A stretch of 64,000 nt of DNA. Origin: Camelus dromedarius (Eukaryota). The stretch spans positions 65,472,001 to 65,536,000 of the forward strand of contig NC_087439.1 of the NCBI RefSeq assembly GCF_036321535.1. Direction: 5' to 3'. Below are positions 1-13,109 of this stretch, piece by piece (positions within the stretch are counted from its first letter, which is position 1; the number at the start of each line of letters is the position of its first letter). A model generated the notes under the pieces. That model did not search any database. It was given only the letters and a program-made list of their open reading frames with translations, and had not been told where the DNA came from. A program made the position numbers and the translations under genes.

Positions 1-15
1 TTTACTCTATGGATT

Positions 16-74
16 CTTTGTCTTCACAATAGACTGAGATAATTGCTTTGTCTTCACAATAGACTCAGATAATT
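16..74. repeat. 30-bp-period tandem duplication (2 copies)
   Basis: ctttgtcttcacaatagact(g/c)agataatt occurs at 16-44 and 46-74 with one mismatch. Confidence 0.95.
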
Positions 75-1039
75 TCACTTTAAAAGAAGCACACCCTATA
101 GTAGTTGCAACACTTGTCTGGAATACCCAGTTCTAATGTGTTTAATATAATGTTATACTCATAAATGAGGCTAGAGGAAGTTTAGAAACATGCTTTAATT
201 GTGGGTTACTGCTCTGATTTAAGAAAGAAGTGTTTCAGACATTTGATTGCAAGGAAAATGTTCTAGCCACAACTTGTTATCAACACAAAGTCATAGCTGT
301 GGTTCACGAATCTATGATGCCATTGTTGTCAATAAGACTTACAGTTTTAGTCCCAATTGTTGGTTTCATTCCAGTGCTTTGAATCAATGAGCTGAGGTGG
401 TATTGCCTCAGCCAACAGGTGTAAGAACTGAGAATTCCTGACAAAACTCCAATCAGATAAGAAACAATCTAACCAACTAGTGATGCCAGGTCACCCTGAA
501 ATGGAACAGAGAATACAGCTGTTGTCTAGAATTACAACCACTTTATTATGATTAGCATATAAAACCACTTGAAGGTTTGAAATTTGCTTTTAGGCAGCAA
601 GAAGAACAAAATTTTTTTACTGTTAAATGCTTGAAATACAGTTTCAAATACATAAGCTGGTCTCATCTTGACAAATGCTTTTTTAAATGACAGATTGAGA
701 TATTCCTTTCTCTTAGGTATGCAAGATCCTGGGGCTGCATGAAGCTTTATTAGATATTAAAATCCACGGACTACCTAGCCATGCACTTGCCCTAAGCAAA
801 ATTGCAAAGGGATGACGCTAGTGTTTGGGCTTTATTGTCTCTTTTTCTGTGATCTTTTCCTTCCATCCCTCTCTTGGGACTCAGTGCTGGGGGGTAGAAA
901 GATCACTGAGCTTGGAGTTAGAGGAGTTAAGTTTGCATGTCGCCACCCAAAATAACAATTAGACCTTCCCTGGTAGAATATACATAACAAAAATAGAAAA
1001 CCCTTATATAGTCAGTCAAATACTCTTTTAAGTGAATTC

Positions 1040-1205
1040 ATGCATTAACTCATTTAATCCTTAAAACCATCCATGATGTCGATATCATTTTTATCCCCAT
1101 TTTAGAGATGGAGAAACTGAGACACAGAGTGGATAAGATATTTGCCCATGTTCACATAGCTAGTAGCTGCTGGAGCTGGGTATGGATTCAGGGAGTCTTG
1201 TTACT
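1040..1205 (-). mobile_element. MIR SINE fragment
   Basis: ccccattttagagatggagaaactgagacacagag...ttgcccatgttcacatagctagt is the reverse complement of the MIR core. Confidence 0.85.
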
Positions 1206-1287
1206 CTCTGCACAACGTTCTTTGGGTTAAATGAAAAAAAACAGTATTAAAATACTGAGAGCTCTACAGCCATTTGTGACAGAGACT

Positions 1288-1770
1288 GTGAAATGCCCAC
1301 CTAATAGTCACTCAACTTTTCTTTCTTAGTTTGACTTATGATTTTATTTGGGGATTTACAGAGCCCTGTGGAAAGACTACATTTCCCAACCACTGAGAAT
1401 AAAAGAATGTTAACAGAAAGTGTTAGGTGGGAAGTTAGGCGGGGAAGTGTTCGGTGGGAAGAAAAGCTCTTGGAGGGAGAATACAGATAGTCGGCCTGTG
1501 ATGTCCCTTCTGCCCATTCTGTTTCCTTCCTGGATATGATGGCTGGAGCTCCAGCTGCCACCTCGGCCCACAAAGAATCTTTGAGAATATAAGCCATTTG
1601 CTAAGGCTAGGGACCCAGAACAGTAAGACAATGGATCCTTGATAACAAATAGAGCTGCCACTCCCACCACTGTTGCTTTACCTTGACAATATATTTTTAA
1701 ATGCAGAGATATGAATTTCTACCATATTAAAGCTACTAATCTCTAGTCTCCTACTAGCAGATGACATTAG
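1288..1770 (+). mobile_element. Old MaLR LTR (MLT1J/K-like)
   Basis: Contains gactacatttccca and gatggctggagctccagctgccac, motifs typical of late MLT1 LTRs. Boundaries are approximate. Confidence 0.6.
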
Positions 1771-2029
1771 TAATTGATTAATGATTCAAAACATTTAAAA
1801 ATTTTTTAGATCAAAGAAAACATTTTTTTTTTCGATGTACTCTTAGTGCTAACCACAGTGGGGAGAGAACTCATAAGAAATACATACATGATTCTGCTAC
1901 TAAGGGAGCTTACGCTCTTGCTGTGGATATAAACACATGAAGCAATGTTGAAATGTTTAATAGTGTTTGTAGATTTTGTATAATCTCAAAAATTTAGTGA
2001 ACATACTTTTTTTCTTTGTCATCCTTCGC

Positions 2030-2441
2030 TTGAAATATTTCAAGAGCCATTTAATTTATATCCCAGATCCTAACCTCTTCCAACCTCAAAGTGATTTCCT
2101 ATATTGCTTCTAAAGTATTTCTTTCTAAATTGCAAATCAATTCACATTTCTTTCATGCTTAAAATTATTCATTATATTTTTGTTGGGTACAGGAAAAGTC
2201 CAAGCTCATTGTTTTTGTTTGGTGAGCTGGCCTCTGCAAATCTCTCCTCTCCCCATCCATTTGTTCTAATAAAAAATAAACTACTTGTAATTCAACAACA
2301 TGCCATGCTGTTTTCACAGATTTATGCCTTTAAATATACTGTGACTGCTCTCTGGAATGTCCTTGTCCCTGTGTCTACCAAGTAAACACTTTTGTCTTCA
2401 ATTCCTAGTTCAGATATTACCCTTTTCTCCAACTCACATAA
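2030..2441 (+). mobile_element. L2 LINE 3' region
   Basis: ctttctaaattgcaaatc...aaagtccaagctc...ctggaatgtccttgtcc resembles the L2 3' segment and runs into an N gap. Confidence 0.65.
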
Positions 2442-2606
2442 NNNNNNNNNNNNNNNNNNNNNNNNNNNNNNNNNNNNNNNNNNNNNNNNNNNNNNNNNNN
2501 NNNNNNNNNNNNNNNNNNNNNNNNNNNNNNNNNNNNNNNNNNNNNNNNNNNNNNNNNNNNNNNNNNNNNNNNNNNNNNNNNNNNNNNNNNNNNNNNNNNN
2601 NNNNNN
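2442..2606. other. Assembly gap (165 N)
   Basis: Run of N. Confidence 0.99.
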
Positions 2607-3911
2607 AAAGTTTTGTGGTTTCTTTAAGAAATGTGTACAATATGATACACATAAATTGATGGGCAGGAGCATTCAAAAGATAAATAAGAAATTAGAATGA
2701 AAGTAAAACACAGCCACATGCAGGAATACAAGGTATCAAGTTTTAAAATATTTAATATAATAACTAAAGTTGGCTGCAGATGCAGTTCTAAGCTTCTAAA
2801 TAACCAGAGAGAGAAAGGGATTTTTGAGATTCAGTATTTCCATGGGATACGTTTTTTAAAAACCAGATAGTTAAGAACTGTATCACTTTACATCTGTCTG
2901 AAAGAAATTTCTCCCAATGGTCTTCATTGATAAACTATTGGCTTATATACTAACAAGTATTTTCAACTGCACTCAGGATGGCTGTTCAGTGAGTATGCAT
3001 TATTATGGCCATCCTGGTTATTAAAATGCTGAAACACTTCCTTACTGATGGGTGAACAGCCTTTTCCCTGAATGCCTTTTCTCCATCCCCCAGTGTTCTC
3101 TGCTCATCCTCACCATCTAGTAACCAGGGGTGAAATTTGGAAAAGCAGAGATGCTTTAAGAACTACTCTAACATTCTGGAGGTGTTCCTCCTGGTGGGTC
3201 AGTGTTCATGCCTCATTTGTTATTGTTAAAAATGTTGTTGACTATCTTTCCTCAATGAAAATAATACACCTCTGGGGACTTAGAAACTCCATTCCCACAT
3301 TGCATAGCCACTTGGATTTCTTACAGGTTCCTCAAAATTAATATGTCATAAATCAAGTTTTAAGAAGTTGAATAAATGAATAGCTACAATATTGAGTTTT
3401 ATGTTTTTCCTGATAGTTTTCTGAACTCAAGCTGATGGTCTAATCCCAAAGTACAATTTATTAAAAGAAAACCCAAGAGGACCAAAGAATTTATACTTCT
3501 GGATGAACAGAATAACTACTTATACTGGCAATCCTCCAAGTAAAATTATTTATCATAGTCAAAATTTAAATGAGAATTAGCAACAAGGTGCTTCAGGGTT
3601 TAATTTTTGGTGAGACCTGAAAGGCAGCTATTTTGTGTTGAGAATGAAGGACAGAACCACAGGCTTTGATACTGTGCCAGACTGAGGAGATGAATCAAAA
3701 TTTTCACTGAAACTGAAGAAGCCAATGAAGACAGTTGTCTGGAGAGATGTCTCCTCCATCTCAGCACAGAGGTGGCAGAGGAGTTCTCCTTAGAAAATAG
3801 TTCTGGGGCCATGCCAACCAAGGCCAAATGGGCCCCAGAAATCATGGCCAGGTGATACTACCATGAGAAATTAGCAAAGTATATAAATTAAATCTTTTGG
3901 TGATCATTTTT

Positions 3912-4425
3912 TCTTAATTTTCAGCCAACTTTATTGAGATATAATTTGCATACAATAAAATGAACCCATTTTAAGTGTATGGTTTGATAAGTTTTGACAA
4001 ATATAATTATCCATGGAACCCACCCCTGATCAAATTATAGAATATTTTCATCATCCTCCCAAAGTTACATTATCTCTCTTTTCAGTCAGTATTCTACTCC
4101 CACTACCACAAGCCCCAGGCAACCTCTTATGTCCTTTCTATCATCACAGATTAGTTTTATTTACTCTACAATTTCATATTAATGGATTATTCAATAGTTA
4201 CTTTTGGATGCCTGTCTCATTCGCTCAGTGTAAAGTTTATGGCAATGGTCCATGTTGTAGCTTTTTTCGATGGTGAGTAATATTCCATTATAGAAATGTC
4301 ACAATATATTTGTTCACTCAACTGTTGATGGACATTAGGGTTATTTCTAGGTTTTTCTTTTTTAAATTAAGAGCAATGCTGCTATAGATATTTGTTTATA
4401 AACCTTTGTGCAGGCACATTTTATA
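3912..4425 (-). mobile_element. Old L1 3' end (L1MB/MC-like)
   Basis: actttattgagatataatttgcatacaataaaatgaacccattttaagtgta...tgttgatggacattagggttattt is a classic reverse L1M 3' UTR. Confidence 0.85.
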
Positions 4426-4439
4426 TATGTTTTTGGATT

Positions 4440-5400
4440 TCATTTTAACTTTAACAAAAAAAAAATTTACACTTACAGAAGAATTGCAATAATATGTAGA
4501 GTTTTCATTTACTCTTCACTCTAATTCCCCTAATAGTAACATCTTACATAACCATGGTAAAATTATCAAAACTAACAAGTAAATATTGGTACAATACTAC
4601 TAATGAAGCTAGAGACTTTGTTCAAAGTTCCCCAGTTTTTCTACTAATGCCCTTTTCATGTTCCAGGACTCAATCCAGGACACTGCACTGCATTCAGCTG
4701 TCATGTCTCCTTAGTTTTCTTCAACTTATGACAGTTTCTCTGTCCTTCCTTACCTTTATGACCTTGACATTTTTGAAGAGTAGTGATCAGGTGTTTTGTA
4801 GAATGTTCTTCAGTTGGGTTTGTTTGATGTTTTCCAACAATTAGACTGAGAATATGAATTTTGAAGAAGAAATTTACAGAGGAGGTGTGCCCTTCTTAGT
4901 GTTTTAGAGTTAAGTGATACCAGTATGTGTTATGACTGGTTACATTAATCTTGAGCATCAGTTTAGGTGTTACCTGTCAGATTTCTCCACAATAAAGTCA
5001 GTATATTTCTCTTTCTATACTCTGTGTCATTTATTCATCTATTTGTCTATCTGCATATTTTAAAATATATATGTACTAAAATATATACCTTAACATAAAA
5101 TGAATTCTTACAGGTATTCCAATTCTAATCCACTATCACAGGGTTCATTCTAGCATGCACCTCGTGCGTATTTGTAACTTTACATTGCTGAGTAGTGTTC
5201 TCTGACAGTGAGGGATGTGGCTCTCATCATTTACAATATATTTACCAATTTGTTTAATTCTAGTACACATATAAAATAATTTCAGATTGCTAACATATAC
5301 GCCTGTGAGAAACAGATTTACCATTGAGAGCTAGCAGTTTATATGATTCTTTTTTTTGGTCTTTATAACTAGAGTATCAAGTCAAAACACTACTACTAAA
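4440..5400 (-). mobile_element. Old L1 3' end (L1MC-like)
   Basis: aacatcttacataaccatggtaaaattatcaaaac...ccaggactcaatccaggacactgcactgcattcagctgtcatgtctcctt... Confidence 0.75.
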
Positions 5401-5444
5401 TTTCTTTAGTCAACTTCTTCCCACAACACCACTGTCAATCACAG

Positions 5445-5600
5445 CTATGCTACATACTAGCTCTAGGACACAAAAAATTACCTGACCTCTTTGTCTCAGT
5501 TTTATCATCTGTAAAATGGGGAGAATAATGGTAAGGACATTCTTGATTGTGAGTAGATGCTTGACACGTAATAAATATTAGATAAGGAGTTGCTACTGTC
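5445..5600 (+). mobile_element. MIR SINE fragment
   Basis: ctcagttttatcatctgtaaaatggggagaataat, the MIR core. Confidence 0.85.
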
Positions 5601-6101
5601 ATTGCCCATTAGTCATTATCAAGGCAATAAATTTACTTGCAATTATTACACATATAATTGTGATTATAATTTATTTTTGTCAGTCTATTTAGGTTGCAAA
5701 CTTTTTGAGAATATGAGTTAGGTCTGTTTTCTTTCTATACACGGGTGTCTTGCATGATAAGTTCTCAAAAGACATTTGCTGATTTTATTAAGTAGTAGGC
5801 ACATGCTAAATATTAATAAAAATAAAACAGTGTGAAATAGTAAATGCATGTTAACGTGCTAATAAGTGATAATTGCTCAATATTATCTTTTCCTAGTCAC
5901 AAGTTTGTGTTTTGACATAATTGTTCTTGAGAAAGGATCTATCCACATATCGCATATCTCTCTTTAAACTTAAAGAATGATGTCTAAAATTCTCTGTTTC
6001 AGCTGTCCTTTGGGTTAGTAGTTTATTTAAAATACTTGGGAGGGAAAATCCAACATAATCTATCATAAGAGCTAATGAGATCTCTTTTATCTATCTCAAA
6101 G

Positions 6102-6137
6102 GTTGCATAAAAGGAAGAGGAATCCAGGGTTGTGAAG
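6102..6137 (+). other. Candidate 36-nt exon upstream of a 91-nt intron
   Basis: Pyrimidine-rich ctcttttatctatctcaaag acceptor, donor AAG|GTAAGA at 6138, and next acceptor ttatttctttttAG at 6227-6228. Confidence 0.3.
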
Positions 6138-6237
6138 GTAAGAACAAGAGTATTGCCATTACTCAGAAACAAGGATGAATATTTAGCGAAGATTAAACTG
6201 TAAATATTAAATGATTATTTCTTTTTAGAGGAAGGAT

Positions 6238-6316
6238 ATGACATCCTCTTTCATTATGACAAATCTTATTCTTCTGGCAGTAATCTGTTCTGGTTGTTGT
6301 GTTTCCTTTAATTCCC
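6238..6316 (+). CDS. Candidate first coding exon, signal-peptide-like (MTSSFIMTNLILLAVICSGCCVSFNS + 1 nt), product unidentified
   Basis: ATG with G at -3, 9 nt after the acceptor. Hydrophobic core LILLAVIC followed by small residues. Phase-1 donor CCC|GTAAGT at 6317. I recognise no homolog. Confidence 0.3.
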
Positions 6317-7600
6317 GTAAGTATTTTGCATGGAAAAGCCTTACAGAGACATAGGAGGTATTTTATCTGTCTTTATTTTGAATTTATAATTGGGAACTCT
6401 TTATTCTAGATAAATATTAGCTATCAGTGAAAGAAACACAAAAGTTTCATATTCTTTTATTAAACTTCCAAGGAGACGGAGAAATCATGTTTTAGAGAAT
6501 CAGCAAGCAATCTTCATTACCCTGAATATGATAATTTAGAATTATAGGGCAAAATTAATATAAAACAAATAAATAAATACTTATAGAACCATTAATTTTA
6601 TGCTTTAGCAATAGCATTTGACAATGTTTAAGTAGCTAACAATTAAAGAGGGAATTTAATTTATCTAAAACATATTATTTAACCAAAACAAGTAATATAA
6701 TTTCTGGTATCTGGGAAATTTTCAAAATATAATTTTCAGAAAAGAAAAGATAAGATTGGTAGGTAACATGACACTGATTTTCCCCCATTTTCCATAAAAA
6801 CTTTCTGAGGTCAGATTCATATGCATTAGTACACCTTTGTAGATTCTCAAACAGTACAAAGTTTATAGGATTCTACATCTCTGAATTGAGGTGGAATTCT
6901 TCCTAGAGAAAGAGGTGGAATACTTGTATTTTCGCTAACATGTCACAGTAACCAAAAGCTTAGGTTTCTGTGGAAGCAGGAACATTCAATTGCTGAAAAA
7001 TAAAAGCTGCATTATTGTGTTATAGCCAAGAAGATAGAATATCTTTAGTGAAGCTACACACTAGCTGTCAATCATTTAATCATAAAGCTTTTATTGGTGA
7101 GGCATTCTGGTCAATGTACTGGGCTATGCATTGGGAGAATATAAAGACCAATAAGACATCCTATTTGTGTACACACAGAATTATAATACAAGGTTGAAAT
7201 TGGAAGGGACCTGATTAACATTTTGGAAGTATATAAATGGGAGTCAATATTAAAATTATGTTAAGTGGCAGAAAAATCAGCAACAAAGAAGGGTTAATAA
7301 TGTGCAAGGAAAAGGACTTACTCCTGCCTAAGATGTCATTGTTATGTCAAAGCATGGTCATTTTAATATCAGCATGTTCTGGAGGAGATGTAGCTAGAAA
7401 ACATTAAGGTAAATACAAACACATATTTTATTTTCTAACCAATAACAACTCGATTTTTTTTATATTATCATATATTTCCTTTATTTAGCATCACAAAGTT
7501 TCTTCACATTTAAAGTATAAAGGTTCAGTTAACTGTAAGTTATAGGCAAATATGCATATTTAATATCACCAATACATATTGCTTTTCATAACATGATTTT

Positions 7601-7807
7601 TTAACACTTTTTTATTGAGTTATAATCATTTTACAATGTTGTGTCAAAATTCCAGTGTAGAGCACAATTTTTCAGTTATACATGAACGTATATATATATT
7701 CATTGTTACAGTTTTTCTCTGCGAGCTACCATAAGATCTTGTACATATTTCCCTGTGCTATACAGTATAATCTTGTTTATCTATTCTACATTTTGGACAG
7801 AATGGGA
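7601..7807 (-). mobile_element. Young 5'-truncated L1 3' tail with 17-bp TSD
   Basis: tttttattgagttataatcattttacaatgttgtgtcaaaattccagtgtagagcacaatt... is flanked by identical tttcataacatgatttt (7584-7600, 7808-7824), with TT/AAAA endonuclease context on the minus strand. Confidence 0.9.
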
Positions 7808-8664
7808 TTTCATAACATGATTTTAATCACTTGAGTACCTTTAAGGCTGTTAATATAATTTCAAAGCACAGCAAAGAACATCAAGATATTGTTTGCATTT
7901 CTTATTTAGCTGAATATATAGATTTGTTTTTCCTTTAATTGACTTTCACAATGTTGGAAGTTTAACAGCTTAAGAGTCAGACAGAAGCTTTCGACAGATA
8001 CATTTTAATCCCTTGTTTCAAAAATTCTCTAATCTGAGATAATTGTCAGTTTTAATTGCTTGAGATTTCTCAATGTCAAAGCAAAATTCAGCTTTATCTA
8101 CTTGTAGGTTTACTTTTCTTTAGTTGATTCTGTAATGCAGTTGGCTATTACTTTACAAGAAGATATCTAAATATTCCTCCAACGATGACTATTTACTTCA
8201 TTTATAGTCAATATACATCTCTTTAATCTAGGTCCATTTCTTCTGCTTATACCAAATCTTTTTGTCACAAAAATGCCAGATTTGGGTTAAAATGAATTTC
8301 AGAAAAATGAAACAAAAATGAGGAACATGTATTGCTTCCCATTGTTTATATCTATCACATACATGTATTTTTAAAGAATGATGTGGCTTAATCTATGAAA
8401 ACACAGGTAAACTTGTTACTCCAGCCAGATGGGTATGTGAATCCCAATGAAGACCCTAAATTATATAAGCAGATTTGGCAACAGTGCTCTGAACAATAGC
8501 TACCTGCTCTGGACTGGTGTGTTCATTCTCCCAGAAAAAAAGTCCCATAGAATCTTAATCACTTCCAGTGAATCTATAGCTAAGTGTCTCAGGAGGAACT
8601 TCTTTTTTTTTCCTTAGAAGCAGAAAAGATACTTATATTGCCTTGCAAGAGACTATTTCTATTT

Positions 8665-9430
8665 TTCAAACTTTATTGCTTTTTAAATTATGAAAGCAAT
8701 GGTGTTCATTATAATAAATACCAACAATACAGAATAAAATGTTAAAGCTTCATCCCCTTCCTACCTGTCTCCGCGGCCCCAAGGATGATCATTGTTGGGT
8801 ATCTTTCAAGATTTTAATGTAAGCAAACATTTTCTCAACATGTATACATTCCCACACACATTAACTCGACTGTATCATGTGTAACCATCAAGCTTATCAC
8901 ATAGAGATCTGCCCCATTCTTCAACGATGCTGCAGAATATCTCATTATGAGACATACCATTATTTGTTCCATGATTCCCTTATTGTCAGTGCCATAGGTT
9001 GATTCATTTTTTATTTTCTGTAACAAACTGTGCTGTCATAAACACTTCTATGTAGAAATCGTTACAAATGTGTATTTTATTTTTGTCGGATTCTTAGAAG
9101 TAAAATCATTGCTTCAAAAAGTTGTGTATTTAATATCTTGATAGATAATACCAAATTGTTTACAAAAATGAGATTATGTTCTTTGATGCCTCCACCAAAT
9201 TATGCAAGATTCTCAATACGTTTATAAATACTAATTATTGTCATTATATTTCTTTTAATCTTATTTTGTACATTTAGATATTATATCCTTGGAATTTATT
9301 TCATGTATAGTGTGAGATGGGCCTCAAACATAGCTATCTCCTGAATGAATATCCAGACCCCAAATCATTTATGCATTATATATCCTTACTCTAGTAACTT
9401 TATTATGAACTGTATTCTCAAGTGTAATCA
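8665..9430 (-). mobile_element. Old L1 (L1ME-like) fragment
   Basis: Reverse L1M 3' UTR motifs (gctgcagaatatctcattat...taccattatttg...tgctgtcataaacac). Confidence 0.65.
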
Positions 9431-9437
9431 ATATATT

Positions 9438-9770
9438 GGTTAAGGTTCTTAGCTGCAAACAGCAAATCTCCATGGACTCATCTCTGCATAAAAGAAATTT
9501 GTTTCAGGATGTTATACAGTTCACAGAATCATCAAGTTGCTGAAGAAACAGATTAGAGTCAAGCTTTTAGGATGCTTTTTGAATCACTGTCAGGGCACAG
9601 TCAGCCCAGACAGCAGCCACAACCAACCACATCATCTGCCACTCAAGCCACCAAAAATGGAAGGCCATTTATTCACATAGGTCATATCTGATACTAATTC
9701 TCCCAGAGACGTGTTTTACTGCTAGAAGTTGGCCCACATGCCGGTCCTCTAGCTCCAACAGAGACTAAAA
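9438..9770 (-). mobile_element. Old MaLR LTR (MLT1-like)
   Basis: Begins ggttaaggttcttagctgcaaacagc, a reverse MLT1K/L-type 3' end. Confidence 0.5.
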
Positions 9771-11889
9771 GTACCAGATTTCATTAAGTCTAAGATTCTA
9801 TCAATTGTAAGATACAGGATTATTTTATGAACCACTAATAAAAACATAACACTGACCATTAAACTCTGACATAATAGTTTCACTTAGAATTTTTATTTTA
9901 TGATTATTGAAAAGGGAATTATTTTAAATTCATTTAGATAGATTTGTATTGCATGTTCTTATGCATACATAAAAAGGAAATTATAGGCAGAAAGATTTGG
10001 TTAAGCAATTCTAAAACTTGAATGAAGGACTCATCCTCCCTTAAGACATTTCTAATTGTTAATAGGGAAATAGAGGCAATGACAAATTCCCTAATTCATG
10101 TTCTGAGAATGTGGATAGCAGCGTCAAGGGAAATTAGAAGGCACACCACTCTATCTAGAAACTATCACTTGAAAATAAGATTCCACCCAAGTTGGGGAAG
10201 GGGCAAAAATTTCTCTGCTCTTTTCACCCATGTTTTCGATCATTCGATTAGAAAAGGCTTATATTGTGGCAGTATTCCATTAAGTGGTATTAACAAACAT
10301 CGTTCTTTTAGGAATACGGAAAGAGTATTTCCCCTCCTTTGGAGACACAACTATGAGTCTAATTTGGGATCAGCATCCCTAAGAGAGCTGCCCTTCTTAA
10401 CTCAGACAACCTCCTAATACAGAAAGTACAGAACTTCACATTTATAATCTCTTGGTGAAATGACAGTATTGGAAAAAAGGAGCTTTTCATAGATATGAAA
10501 AAGTCTGCAGAATATATATATGGAAATGGAAAGAAACTGCTCCAGAAGGAAATCTATCAAATAAATAGCAGTGTAGACATCTGGGGATGATTCCAAGATC
10601 AGGGAAAGATTGGAAGGTTTGATTGGAGACCTTCACTTTTTTCTTACTTAGTTCCTCTTTGTGTGTTTTTTTTTAACAACGAAAAAGAATGCATGCAATC
10701 TCTGGCGTAGCTAAAATATTGATTAACAATTCTATAAGGATATAGACTAATATTATCAAGATGTTAGCTGAGTCATTCTTGCCCAGTGAAATCTAGGTAG
10801 GATTGCCACAAAGCTAAAACTCCAATTCTATGGCTTAAAGAATTGCTAATCTCCAGACTGCAGGAATTTACTCTTTCGTCGTCCTTTGTGCTTCTTCCTC
10901 TGTCCTTCTGTGCTGTATGTCTTGTAGTAGGTGGGCTGAGACATATAGCCTGACAATCCCTAGGTTCCCCCTTAAAGGTCCATTTATATGAAAGCTATGA
11001 GGGCAATGCAGACCTTTATGAATACTCTATGGGGGAAGTGAGGGAGGACTAGACACCACACAATCTTAAAATGCTTACTTACAGGTCTTTTTCCCAAGGA
11101 TGCTTTTGCTGCTCTCCTGATCCAATTTACCTTTTCTCCTTTCTCCTTCCACACAGCTCTGAGGCTCCTGGGATTCTCTGTCTCCCTTCTAAAGTTTCAA
11201 TTTTTATCCTTCTATTTGCCTCAGTTATTTAGCTCCTATTGCCAATTTTCACACGTAAACATTTCAATGTGCCCGAGACAACAGAGCAATGACTGTGGAG
11301 AGAAGTTATTGCCATGGGTGCCAATTATTGGTATCTGTTACATTATACACTTTCCTTCCTCAAACGAAAATAAAATATTTGTGATTCTTAAACTGTTTCT
11401 GATTCAAGGCTTCTTCTCTTTCCTTGTGCTTGGAGTTTCCTTGCCTGGTACTTTCTACCTAACACAGGGAGTACCTTTCACCTTCTTCTCCAAGATTCTT
11501 ACTCACCACACTTCTCTCCACTCCAGCTGGTTCAGGAAAGGGCTTTTCTTCTCATTATTTCTGCATCTGGTCTGAGTCACACTTACATGAACTCTAGTTC
11601 CCCAGTTGCTTCCAGTCAATTCAGTTTTGCTCTGTGGGGAATTCTGAAGTCAGTTTCCTGTCTTCCTCATCCCAAATTATCTCCATGTCCTATGATAATT
11701 TATGGAGACATCCAGGGTTGTTAGACACTGTGTGCTTTCCCAAAATAGCCTGTACCAAATTGCTTCTGCAGTGACTTACCACAACCATACCAGATTTTTA
11801 AAACTGAATTCAGTAACACCTGCTTGTGTGGCTCATGGGTATCATCTTTGATTTGAAAGTATATGCAGAGGACTCTTCAGATGAGCATC

Positions 11890-12300
11890 ATCTACAATTG
11901 CAAAGAAAGGATCCTGGACCAAAACCAATGTCAATCAATACTGGAATAAATATATGTGTATTTCATATACCTTGGAATATGCAGTGGGATACTATATAGC
12001 AATAAAGAATAAGTGATTGAGAGCTATATGCAGCCACCTGAATAAATCTCATGATAAAACTACTGAATGGAGCACACCTTATATATGAATACTGATAGTC
12101 TAATTCTATTTTTATGAAGGTCAAAAGCACACAAGTTCAAACCAAAAACATAAAACATTACAAATATTGATGGTAAGCCTATAAGTAAAAGTAGAAGATG
12201 AAACCCCCTAAATTCAGGATACTGTTTACCTCTAAAAGGAGGTAAGTAGATAGGATTGGGGAGATTAAACATTAAACTGGATGGGAATCGTGCAAAGGTT
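11890..12300 (+). mobile_element. Old L1 (L1ME-like) 3' fragment
   Basis: ggaatatgcagtgggatactatatagcaataaagaa...gagctatatgcagccacctgaataaatctca. Confidence 0.75.
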
Positions 12301-12315
12301 TTTGCATCCTTATTC

Positions 12316-12455
12316 TTTTAAAACATTATTTTATTTTATTGGTTGGGGAAGTAATTAGGTTTATTTATTTACTTATTTTTAATGGAGGTGCTGGGGATTG
12401 AACCCAGGACCTCATGCATGCTAAGCATGTGCTCTACCACTGAGCTATCCTCCTG
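12316..12455 (-). mobile_element. Camelid tRNA-derived SINE (vic-1-like, long form)
   Basis: ggaggtgctggggattgaacccaggacctcatgcatgctaagcatgtgctctaccactgagcta carries reverse A and B boxes. AT-rich tail with ggggaagtaattagg. Confidence 0.9.
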
Positions 12456-13109
12456 CCCCTGCAGCATTACTCTTTATGCCTTACGTGAAGTTATAAACAT
12501 TTTGTATATATTCACTATCTCAATATATTCTAAGATAAAAACTAAAAACTCTTCTGCTGTACTAGTATAATTCTGAGATTGGTTTTAGTTTTTGAAGCAA
12601 GTTGTTTTGGATTATGTTTGGGGACTATGGTTCAGTACATCTCAGAGGTGACTAAAGTAACAGGGTTGAGAGAAGTACTAGATTCTGGAGCCAGAAACCA
12701 ACTTTACTGCCATTTCCAGGGAAATAACCCATTTTTCTGTAATTTTAGAAAGAGAAACTATTTTGTTAGCTGAATATACTAGTTGCAGACTCATACAACA
12801 GACTAATGACGCACCCTGACCTTGAGAAATCCCTAAGAGATTAGGCACACATAGATGGGAACATTGAATGAAAACATCCCAGAGACTGACCTCCTAGAGG
12901 AACTGGTCAAATGGCATGAGGTAATGTCAGGTAGAGTTTCATCCTGGAGATTTCTGCGAAGTAGGAAGATTTTTCAATGTCTTCCTCAGTTTTCTAGGGC
13001 AGTCTAGCCTGGTAATTAAGAACAAGTGTTTTGAGGAGAAGCTGACAACTAATGAAAGGAAAGAAATGAAAACAAAGCTCTGCAACCTTAAAACAAGTTC
13101 CTAGATCTT

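Noticed and set aside
6292-6312. CCVSFN similarity to the ITGA1 leader and ILLAV similarity to the MTTP leader
   Set aside because: Only 5-6 residues match. Flanking residues and exon structure do not fit, so no gene symbol was assigned.
10022-10417. 131-aa ORF, the longest N-free ORF in the track
   Set aside because: No recognisable domain or splice context. This length is plausible as a chance maximum over six frames of 64 kb.
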